Counted from the first letter of the stretch, positions 17,529 through 24,000 are shown. The stretch is 24,000 bases of DNA from Sulfolobales archaeon (GCA_041287455.1 JBEULF010000067.1:103663-127662), one strand, 5' to 3'. A program made the numbers and translations. Notes: generated by a model not told the origin, from the letters alone.

Positions 17529-17876
17529 TCAACTTTCTAATCTCTTGATCAGTTTCACAGCTCTGTTGAGATTTCCTGTGAGTTTTATTGGTACTATCAC
17601 TCCTATAGTCTCGCTGAATTTTCTTATTCTTATGATGCCTAGCAGAACTAGATCTATGTTTCTCGATATGATTCTTATGATACCATATCTACTATTAGGA
17701 TCGTATCTAATCAGCTTAACGGAAGAGTCTATTAATCCAGAGACTCCTAAGAATCTTGTCATATGATTGTTTAATTCTTCAGATAGTCTCTCGAAATCAG
17801 GTGATGAGCCTATGGTATACAGCTTAAACACTAGATATCTCTTCCTAGGTTTTCTCTCTTTTTTTAACAGATCCAA
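17529..17876 (-). CDS. rnp2: RNase P protein component 2 (Pop5/Rpp14 homolog)
   Basis: 115 aa. KRYLVFKL...LGVSGLIDSSVKLIRYDPNSRYGIIRIISRNIDLVLLGIIRI...IVPIKLTGNLNRAVK matches the Pop5 pattern (RYl.f.i...G....a....i.yd...gIiR..r). The only start ahead of the conserved RYL is the TTG at 17876, which overlaps the Rpp30 gene by 32 nt. Confidence 0.75.
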   Translation of the reverse strand: MDLLKKERKPRKRYLVFKLYTIGSSPDFERLSEELNNHMTRFLGVSGLIDSSVKLIRYDPNSRYGIIRIISRNIDLVLLGIIRIRKFSETIGVIVPIKLTGNLNRAVKLIKRLES

Positions 17877-18465
17877 TTTCTCTCACCAGATTCTTATTCC
17901 ACTTCTCTAAGACGTGAAACCAAGAATATGTCAGCACGCCTCTGATCCCTATTAGATATCTCTCGACCACTCTGAAAGATCTTGGGGGGAAGATCTCTTC
18001 AGACGTTCTCGAGCCTGAAGATATAATGATATCCACACCATTCTTGACAGCATATTTCACACATGCTCCAAGATGTCTTAGATATCTCGGCGCTTTTCTA
18101 TCGTCTAAGATAGCTCTCGCAAGTATCTCTAGAGAAGTGCTCTTGCCTCTCATAACTTCTATCTGTTCTCTAGTGCAGTATTCTATAGTATCCTCATCTA
18201 TTAATATAGTGAGAGAGAAGCTCTCAACCTTGCCCGCTCTCCTAGCACTCTCTTTATCTCTAGGTTTAAAAGCTATGAGATAATTCTTCTCTTCTCTCAA
18301 TCTGTCTATATCGTCTATTATAACTCTTCTTATAATAAAAAAGTCTCGTAGCACTCTCTCATCTACTTCCAGATCACGTGGCACACCTATTACTCTAACA
18401 CCACTCTCTCTATACACACTCGTGATAAAAGGGTTTATGTTTAACAACATTAGATCTGCGTACAT
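17845..18465 (-). CDS. rnp3: RNase P protein component 3 (Rpp30 homolog)
   Basis: 206 aa with an ATG start. It begins MYADLML (the typical yDl start) and contains ...NGVDIIISSGSRTSEEIFPPRS (the Rpp30 pattern ..SSgA....lR.P). It sits in the conserved position between the DUF54 and Pop5 genes. Confidence 0.7.
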   Translation of the reverse strand: MYADLMLLNINPFITSVYRESGVRVIGVPRDLEVDERVLRDFFIIRRVIIDDIDRLREEKNYLIAFKPRDKESARRAGKVESFSLTILIDEDTIEYCTREQIEVMRGKSTSLEILARAILDDRKAPRYLRHLGACVKYAVKNGVDIIISSGSRTSEEIFPPRSFRVVERYLIGIRGVLTYSWFHVLEKWNKNLVREIGSVKKREKT

Positions 18466-18466
18466 T

Positions 18467-18937
18467 TCACATCTCCTCTTTTCTCAGACTTCTTATGAAT
18501 CTCTCGACCAGAGGAACGCTTCTAGGGCCTCTCAACGTTGTCACTACACGGATCATATCATCGTCAAACGCTAGACTAATACTATTCCTATAAGCATCTT
18601 GTTTTGATATTCTCAAATACACTTTATTCTCTCTAGGATCATATCTCTCCTCTAGAGATAATAATACTATTTCAAATTCTGATCTGCTAAGCCTGGTTAA
18701 GATATGAGAGAGATACTCATAGGCGTATTCTCTCTCTAGTTTGGCTCTATATATTCTTATAGGATCTTTGTAGTGTCCTAGAGTATCTTCATAAGATATA
18801 TTCTTTCTCAACAAGTCTCTCAGGCCGGGTGAAGAAGTGTTGAGTATTGCTTGGAGCACCTTATCATAATCTTCAGTAGCATGAGCTATACAAGATATCT
18901 CAACACCTATTATCTCAAGATTCTCTTGAGCACTCAC
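18467..18937 (-). CDS. DUF54 / COG1325 RNA-binding protein (predicted exosome-superoperon subunit)
   Basis: 156 aa. The N-terminal motif SCIAHATEDYDKV (hallmark HATED) and its position directly upstream of Rpp30 (1-nt gap) match the archaeal exosome/RNase P superoperon. The GTG start is the first codon after an in-frame TGA. Confidence 0.6.
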   Translation of the reverse strand: MSAQENLEIIGVEISCIAHATEDYDKVLQAILNTSSPGLRDLLRKNISYEDTLGHYKDPIRIYRAKLEREYAYEYLSHILTRLSRSEFEIVLLSLEERYDPRENKVYLRISKQDAYRNSISLAFDDDMIRVVTTLRGPRSVPLVERFIRSLRKEEM

Positions 18938-18949
18938 TCAACACTTCTC

Positions 18950-18989
18950 CTCGCTAAAAATATTTATCTTTATCTCGCTAAATATTTAT
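18950..18989. promoter_or_regulatory. Tandem direct repeat of a TATA-like module: CTCGCTAAAAATATTTAT (18950..18967) and CTCGCTAAATATTTAT (18974..18989)
   Basis: Read directly; the two copies differ only by a 2-nt A-run indel and repeat with a 24-nt period. The core AAATATTT is self-complementary. By spacing, copy 1 could serve the DUF54-Rpp30-Pop5 operon (GTG 18937) on the minus strand and the C/D sRNA candidate (C box at 18993) on the plus strand. Confidence 0.4.
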
Positions 18990-18992
18990 ATG

Positions 18993-19040
18993 ATGATGAA
19001 CGCTCGCCGTGTGAATAGTGATCTTATGAACCTCCGCTGA
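18993..19040 (+). ncRNA. Candidate C/D box sRNA (2'-O-methylation guide)
   Basis: The layout is: C box ATGATGA (18993..18999); 11-12 nt guide acgctcgccgt(g); D' GTGA (19011..19014); 3-nt linker; degenerate C' GTGATCT (19018..19024); exactly 12 nt guide tatgaacctccg; D box CTGA (19037..19040). The total of about 48-55 nt is the canonical archaeal layout. It lies in the 104-nt gap between thrS and the DUF54 gene, on the opposite strand to both, with a TATA-like element centred about 26 nt upstream of about 18988. Confidence 0.45.
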
Positions 19041-19041
19041 C

Positions 19042-20880
19042 TCACAAAGCCTTTATATATGGTAGTGAGGGTCTTCTACTCAGCAGATGAGGCATGCCAA
19101 GATCAACTTTGGGATAGTCGTCTTGTAATCTCTCTAGAAGCTCTATAAACTCTTCTAAGGTAAAGGGTCTCTGCAAGCCTGTCTCTCTGTCTCTCACAGT
19201 AAGAGTGTTAGTCTGAACCTCTCTATCACCTATTATAACAGTAAAATAAGCCCATTCAAGCCCTGCATCTCTCATCTTTCTAGCCAGACTCTCTTCTCTA
19301 TCATCTACATCTACTCTAAAACCTCTCTTAGAGATCTCTTCATAGACTCTGAGAGCATAGCCTAAGTGCGAGCTTGATACTGGCAGTATCCTCACCTGTA
19401 TTGGAGAGACCCAGAAGGGTAGCACTGGTGTCTGACCATTCTTTTCTCTTAGAGAGGCTGTGTCAAATAACATGTATATATACCTCTCGAGACTCCCTAT
19501 GATCGCTGTGTGAATTATTATTGGATATCTCTCTCTATTACTCTCGTCAACGTATCTAATATTAAATCTCTCAGCATTGCCAATATCGATCTGGAATGTG
19601 GCTATCTCGCGAGGTTTGCCAGAACTATCGATTATATTATACTCTATGTTTATAACCCAGTAGTATATATCGTCGGGGACAACAACCACTAGCGCTGGTC
19701 TCCCATCTCTTCTCACAAGCTCTCTTATATAGTCTCTCTCCTCATCCAAGAATCTCCTAGTCACATTGATTATAGCCACGTAGCTTCTCCCTAGTTTCTT
19801 TGCTTCTTCAAAGATCTTATCTCTTATCAATAGTGTTATTTTCTTCGCCTCTTCAAGGTCTCTGGTTAGAATATGAAGATCTGGCATATAGAATCTTCGT
19901 AATCTAAATCCTAGTATTAGCTCTCCTCTCTGCTCATATCTATAGCTGTCAGCTATCTCAAACATTCCGAGCGGGAGATCTCTATAGCTCATAACCCAGT
20001 CTTTCAATATAGCGAATTGCTGATGACACGCCGCGTATCTCATAACGAGTGGCGCTCCGCCCTCCATACTAACTTCGTATAGTCTGTCTCCGAATAGATC
20101 TGCATGTTCTTTCACAGCTCTAACACCGAGATCAAACATATTAGTTCCTCTAACTCTAAAAACAGGTATTCCTAAAGATCTCACGACTTGCCAAGAGTAT
20201 TGAGCCACAGTCTCTAGTATTGTCGCTGCGTGAGGCTCGTACCGCATGTGCCCGTGATCTGAATAAGGCTCCCACTCGAATCCGAACTTCTCCATATACT
20301 CCGCGGCTCTAGGCCTGCTTTTCTCTAGCTCTTTTTTAAACACTTCCTTCTCTACCAAGGCTCTAAGCTCGGGATCTTCATATTTATACTCGTAAGGATC
20401 ATGAAGATTCCCGTCTAGATCTATTATATAGTAAGATTTAGTAATCTGAGGTCTCTGTCTCTCACCAGCTCTAATAGTTCTAGAAAGCTCAGCTAGTGGG
20501 TGCCCGAGATTCTTTAGACTAAACTCTTTATACCAGCCAAAAGGAGCTCTCGCAGACTTAATCTTTTCTCTTTCTAATCTCTCACTTAACTCTCTTAATA
20601 TTCTCATCGCGATATCAGGAGGAGCCAGTTCAGATGATAAGTGCGCGTATGGGTAGATCAGGGCTACGCTTGCTTTAACCGCGTTGAATTGATTCTTAAT
20701 CTCTAGAGCCGCGCGTTCCACAATAGTAGAGTCTTTATCGTCGTCTCTCTCAACGCTCACGAACACTACTAAAACATTTCTAAAACTGCCTTCTAGAGGA
20801 ACGTCTCTCTCATACTCCTCTACAGCTGGTTCTCGAGCTCTATAGCTAAACTCCTCAGCGTGTATTAACAACAGTCTCAT
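19042..20880 (-). CDS. thrS: Threonyl-tRNA synthetase, full-length archaeal type (N-terminal archaeal editing domain + class II catalytic core + anticodon-binding domain)
   Basis: 612 aa with an ATG start. The N-terminus MRLLLIHAEEFSY is typical of the archaeal ThrRS editing domain. Catalytic-core Zn ligand contexts are RYAACHQQF, MPDLHIL and IIIHTAIIGSLERY. The C-terminal PIQVRILPVS...RVDVDDREESLARKMRDA is the anticodon-binding domain. Confidence 0.92.
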   Translation of the reverse strand: MRLLLIHAEEFSYRAREPAVEEYERDVPLEGSFRNVLVVFVSVERDDDKDSTIVERAALEIKNQFNAVKASVALIYPYAHLSSELAPPDIAMRILRELSERLEREKIKSARAPFGWYKEFSLKNLGHPLAELSRTIRAGERQRPQITKSYYIIDLDGNLHDPYEYKYEDPELRALVEKEVFKKELEKSRPRAAEYMEKFGFEWEPYSDHGHMRYEPHAATILETVAQYSWQVVRSLGIPVFRVRGTNMFDLGVRAVKEHADLFGDRLYEVSMEGGAPLVMRYAACHQQFAILKDWVMSYRDLPLGMFEIADSYRYEQRGELILGFRLRRFYMPDLHILTRDLEEAKKITLLIRDKIFEEAKKLGRSYVAIINVTRRFLDEERDYIRELVRRDGRPALVVVVPDDIYYWVINIEYNIIDSSGKPREIATFQIDIGNAERFNIRYVDESNRERYPIIIHTAIIGSLERYIYMLFDTASLREKNGQTPVLPFWVSPIQVRILPVSSSHLGYALRVYEEISKRGFRVDVDDREESLARKMRDAGLEWAYFTVIIGDREVQTNTLTVRDRETGLQRPFTLEEFIELLERLQDDYPKVDLGMPHLLSRRPSLPYIKAL

Positions 20881-21044
20881 TATCTATCTCAACAACTTAT
20901 ATCTGAAAGAGTTATAAAAATGCTTTTTGTCAACAGTCTTACGTGTGAGGTTTATTTCGTGTAGCAACACTGTACTTGAGTTTAGTAACACTTAAATTCA
21001 TACGTAGAACTATTATTTAAAGAGGGTTTAAAAGAGGAATCTAT

Positions 21045-21602
21045 ATGTACTTAAGAAGACTGCGAGACTTGGGAGCTGGGGAGAGAGTTCCTAACTACGT
21101 CTATGTTATCATTGAAGTTCCTCTAGATTCAGAGGTTGAATATGTCTACGACGAGGATCTTGACGTGATAAGAGTTGAGAAAGTCCTCAGCCCCGGGGCT
21201 CGGTATCCTTTTAACAAAGGCTTTATTCCTGGGACTCTAGATGAGAGTGAGAGAACTCTTAACGCTATAGTGATCTCTAGCAGATCATTTCTGCCAGGAT
21301 CTCTGATAGAGACCAAGCCTATAGGTGGTCTGAGAATATTCAACAAAGAGACTTCAGAGTACAGGTATTTAGTGGTGACAGTGCCTAGAGAGAGGATCGA
21401 TCCTGTCTATGCTGGGATTAAAAATCTAAACGATCTATCAAAAGATCTGAGAGAGAGTATTAGAGTATTTATTGAGAATTATATGGAAGGCGATCATAAG
21501 GAGAGTCTTATAATAGATCGTTGGGAAGAAGTTCAAGAAGCCAGAGAGAGAATCTTAGAATCTGTAAAGAGAGCTCTGTCTGCAAGAACACAAAGACCCT
21601 GA
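21045..21602 (+). CDS. Family-I inorganic pyrophosphatase-fold protein with degenerate active site (probably not a functional PPase)
   Basis: 185 aa with an ATG start and attatttaaag about 28 nt upstream. It aligns almost without gaps (a single 2-residue insertion) to the archaeal/bacterial PPase pattern: VIIEVP..S...Y.YD......V.KVL....YPFN.GFIPGTL....PGS.IE..PIG....DP.Y..IK.LNDL. The diagnostic acidic and basic residues are replaced (see finding). Confidence 0.7.
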   Translation: MYLRRLRDLGAGERVPNYVYVIIEVPLDSEVEYVYDEDLDVIRVEKVLSPGARYPFNKGFIPGTLDESERTLNAIVISSRSFLPGSLIETKPIGGLRIFNKETSEYRYLVVTVPRERIDPVYAGIKNLNDLSKDLRESIRVFIENYMEGDHKESLIIDRWEEVQEARERILESVKRALSARTQRP

Positions 21603-21626
21603 CCAGCCTGACTAAAGCTTATTAAA

Positions 21627-22553
21627 TTGTTAAGTAAAACACACAGGTGCCACACTCTGAGCTCAGTAGAATTCAATAGAGTTGCAAATGAAGCTTGTTT
21701 AGATGAATATAGAGATTATATGATCTATAGAGAGCTCTCAAAAACAAGATTTTTATCTAGAGATCTAAGAGAAAGACTCGTTGAAATGGCTGAACAGGAG
21801 AGGAGGCACTATGAGTTTTGGAGAAAATATACTGATAGATGTGAGTTAAATCACAGTAGACTTAGATTAGAAATCTTCCTCATAAAAATTCTAGTATTGC
21901 TAATGGGTGTTACATTCACTGTAAAGTTCTTAGAGAGACACGAGAAGAGAGTCATCGAGATCTATAAGAGGGTTAGAGATAGTATTAGAAAAGAAGATCT
22001 ATATTTATACGATGCTATGATCGCTGACGAGGAGGAACATGAGGAGAAACTCTCTTCAGAGCTGCCTGAGGGTCGGATAAAATATCTAAGCTTTACAGTG
22101 TTAGGTCTCTCAGACGCTTTAATAGAGATAGCAGGTATTCACGCCGGCACTCTAGGAGTCTACTCAGACACTGTCAAAGCAGGACTAGCAGGACTAGTGG
22201 CAGGCGTGGCAGCATCTATAGCTATGGCTTCAGCAGCTTATGCACAGGCTAAGCAATTGAGTGGTGTGGGACGGGCGAGTGTCGCGTCTCTCTACACAGG
22301 CTTATCTTATCTTCTCACAGCAATCGTTCTAGCACTACCCTACTTCTTGATCCACGATATATTTATAGCACTTATAATCTCGCTAGGTCTATCTATAGTC
22401 ATACTAACATACATATCTCTATACTCTATGTTTCTCTTTGAGAGAAGTTTTAAGAGAGAGTTGCTAGAAACATCTTCTATAATCTTTGGAGCTACAGTAG
22501 TTTTATACTTCTTCGGAGAGTTTGTTAGAAGAGTGCTGGGCTTCACTGTTTAA
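21627..22553 (+). CDS. Ferritin-like (CCC1 N-terminal type, di-iron ExxH x2) domain fused to a VIT1/CCC1-family Fe/Mn transporter membrane domain
   Basis: The N-terminal half has MAEQERRHYEFW and IADEEEHEEKL (two ExxH motifs). The C-terminal half has the glycine/alanine-rich TM helices typical of VIT1 (LGLSDALIEIAGIHAG, GLAGLVAGVAASIAMA). The only start upstream of the conserved region is the TTG at 21627, 24 nt after the PPase-like stop. Confidence 0.7.
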   Translation: MLSKTHRCHTLSSVEFNRVANEACLDEYRDYMIYRELSKTRFLSRDLRERLVEMAEQERRHYEFWRKYTDRCELNHSRLRLEIFLIKILVLLMGVTFTVKFLERHEKRVIEIYKRVRDSIRKEDLYLYDAMIADEEEHEEKLSSELPEGRIKYLSFTVLGLSDALIEIAGIHAGTLGVYSDTVKAGLAGLVAGVAASIAMASAAYAQAKQLSGVGRASVASLYTGLSYLLTAIVLALPYFLIHDIFIALIISLGLSIVILTYISLYSMFLFERSFKRELLETSSIIFGATVVLYFFGEFVRRVLGFTV

Positions 22554-22610
22554 TTCTCGAGGAAGAATTTATAAGAGATACCAAAATCTAAGATACTTAG
22601 GCTCTCTAAA

Positions 22611-22847
22611 ATGAAAAGGATCAATATTTATATAGTCACTTACGATAATGAAGTTATTGAAGAGGTGGAGAAGACATTATCCACGTTGAGCAGAGTTATT
22701 AAGAAGAGTAGAAGTAGTGTAGTTCCTCAGTTCTATTATTACAGAGTTGAAACAGAGGATCCTGAGAAAATCGATAGTATCTTGCGAGAGTTTGAGAGGA
22801 GAGAACTCATATCTTGGCATAAGGTTGAGGTGTCTCTGAGTGAGTAG
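22611..22847 (+). CDS. Hypothetical small protein (78 aa)
   Basis: ATG start with aatttataagag about 35 nt upstream. Composition is non-repetitive (MKRINIYIVTYDNEVIEEVEKTLSTLSRVIKK...FYYYRVETEDPEKIDSILREFERRELISWHKVEV). Its stop overlaps the ileS GTG start by 8 nt. I recognise no family. Confidence 0.45.
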   Translation: MKRINIYIVTYDNEVIEEVEKTLSTLSRVIKKSRSSVVPQFYYYRVETEDPEKIDSILREFERRELISWHKVEVSLSE

Positions 22848-24000
22848 TCATAGAAGACTCACTCTAGACCTAGGCAGTTTCTACGATCCTCACTCTGTGG
22901 AGGAGTGGGTCAAGAGATTCTGGGAGGAGAACAAAGTCTATGAAAAGATTAAAGAGACAAGCAGACGTAGAGAGAAGAAGTACTATTTCATAGACGGACC
23001 GCCATACCCTAGCAGTCCTTCAATACACCCGGGGACTGCCTGGAATAAGATTTTGAAAGACACGTATCTGAGATATTGGAGAGCTAGAGGCTACTATGTA
23101 CACGATACCCCAGGCTATGATATGCATGGTCTTCCTATAGAGTATCAAGTGGAGAAACTACTTGGTATAGAGAGTAAAAAAGAGATCTATGACAAGGTGG
23201 GTATAGATAATTTTGTTAATAAGTGTAGAGATTTTGTTCTCAAGAACGCTGATAGCATGACAAGGATCTTTAAAGATCTAGGGGTTTTCATGGATTGGGA
23301 GAAGCCTTACATGACTATAACAAATGAGTACATAGAGGAGGCTTGGAAACTCGTTAAAAAAGCTGAAGAGAGAGGACTTCTAGACAGAGAGTTAAGAGTG
23401 GTTCACTGGTGCCCTCGCTGTGAGACTGTTTTGGCAGATTATGAAGTGTCACAAGAATATAGAGACTTAGAGGATCCCTCTATATATGTTAAGATGCCTG
23501 TCAAGGGTAGAGAGAAGGAGTATCTCGTCATATGGACCACAACCCCGTGGACACTCCCCGCTAACACTTTCATAATGGCTAATAGCTCCACTTACTACGT
23601 CAGAGTGAGAGTAGGAGAAGAGACTCTCATACTAGCTGAGGCTTTGTACAAACAGGTTCTCGAGAAGGCTGGTATACGAGAATATAAGGTTGTGGAGAGA
23701 GTGTTAGGTAGAGATCTAGAGAACCTTGAGTACGAGCACCCATTAAGAGACGTAGTTGATATTCAGAGAGATTTAGAGAAATATCACAGAGTGATTCTAG
23801 CTGACGAGTACGTTAGTTTGAGCGAGGGCACAGGATTAGTTCACGCCGCACCTGGCCACGGTGCTGAAGACTACGAGGTTGCTCGGAGACACAATATACC
23901 GGTCTACTCTCTCATAGACGATACAGGGAGATTCGTGAGAGAGGCTGGTAAGTATGCTGGTAAGTATGCTAGAGATGCTAACAGAGAGATTATAGAAGAT
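22840..24000 (+). CDS. ileS: Isoleucyl-tRNA synthetase; N-terminal part only, gene runs off the right edge
   Basis: Absent from the ORF track because it has no stop in the window. My translation from GTG 22840 (the first codon after an in-frame TGA) reads VSSHRRLTLDLGSFYDPHSVEEWVKRFWEENKVYEKIK...YYFIDGPPYPSSPSIHPGTAWNKILKDTYLRYWRARGYYVHDTPGYDMHGLPIEYQVEKLLGI...VVHWCPRCETVLADYEV...WTTTPWTLPANTF...GTGLVHAAPGHGAEDYEV. These are the archaeal IleRS HIGH-region variant and CP1 motifs. Confidence 0.9.
   Translation, partial: MSSHRRLTLDLGSFYDPHSVEEWVKRFWEENKVYEKIKETSRRREKKYYFIDGPPYPSSPSIHPGTAWNKILKDTYLRYWRARGYYVHDTPGYDMHGLPIEYQVEKLLGIESKKEIYDKVGIDNFVNKCRDFVLKNADSMTRIFKDLGVFMDWEKPYMTITNEYIEEAWKLVKKAEERGLLDRELRVVHWCPRCETVLADYEVSQEYRDLEDPSIYVKMPVKGREKEYLVIWTTTPWTLPANTFIMANSSTYYVRVRVGEETLILAEALYKQVLEKAGIREYKVVERVLGRDLENLEYEHPLRDVVDIQRDLEKYHRVILADEYVSLSEGTGLVHAAPGHGAEDYEVARRHNIPVYSLIDDTGRFVREAGKYAGKYARDANREIIED

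Noticed and set aside
16670-22546. Further antisense track ORFs: 16670..16858+, 17545..17766+, 18026..18283+, 19510..19692+, 21146..21346-, 22340..22546-
   Set aside because: Same reasoning: they are shadows of thyX, Pop5, Rpp30, thrS, the PPase-like gene and the VIT1 gene.
1-24000. Pervasive tctctc / agagag runs that look like microsatellites or low-complexity repeats
   Set aside because: They follow the coding strand (GAGAGA in sense, TCTCTC in antisense) and reflect heavy use of AGA (Arg), GAG (Glu) and AGAGAT-type codon pairs. There is no periodic array, no conserved unit and no spacer structure, so this is not a CRISPR or satellite.
1-24000. Novel defence, mobile or accessory gene system
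   Set aside because: Every gene of 100 aa or more has a plausible housekeeping or transport assignment. There are no nucleases, helicase/ATPase orphans, toxin-antitoxin-sized pairs, integrases, tRNA-flanked islands or compositional breaks that would mark an accessory island.

Overview
This is a chromosomal, mostly housekeeping segment of an AT-rich (about 40% GC by eye) hyperthermophilic archaeon, most likely a crenarchaeon. That assignment is inference from reverse gyrase, a single MCM preceded by a GINS23-type gene, a stand-alone 5S rRNA gene, an RNase P protein / exosome-superoperon fragment, TATA boxes about 27 nt from start codons (leaderless-type geometry), and heavy AGA/ATA/GAG codon use. 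I support 22 protein genes, two of them truncated by the window edges and therefore absent from the ORF track. From left to right they are: amidohydrolase (partial), PUA/NIP7-like protein, NOL1/NOP2/Sun m5C RNA methyltransferase, a polytopic membrane protein, an Obg-family GTPase with TGS domain, an A24 prepilin/preflagellin peptidase, MCM, GINS23-like, reverse gyrase, Nnr, homoserine kinase, an ArsB/NhaD-type permease, ThyX, a ferredoxin, Pop5, Rpp30, a DUF54/COG1325 RNA-binding protein, ThrRS, a PPase-fold protein, a ferritin-like/VIT1 protein, a 78-aa orphan, and IleRS (partial). There is also one 5S rRNA gene and one candidate C/D box sRNA. The ORF track uses GTG/TTG as well as ATG starts and over-extends several genes, so I re-set those starts (reverse gyrase, nnr, GINS, peptidase, ferredoxin, PUA protein). 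I see no CRISPR array, transposase, integrase, prophage or recognisable defence or secondary-metabolism cluster, and I could not find a novel multi-gene system here. The observations most worth a second look are: (1) a family-I pyrophosphatase homolog whose catalytic acidic residues are almost all replaced; (2) an unannotated C/D box sRNA candidate with canonical 12-nt guide spacing, next to a tandemly duplicated TATA module; (3) a 402-nt ORF-poor intergenic region containing a perfect 16-bp TATA-core palindrome placed to fire a leaderless transcript into a 91-codon frame broken by one TAG; and (4) a tightly coupled GINS-MCM-membrane peptidase gene string.
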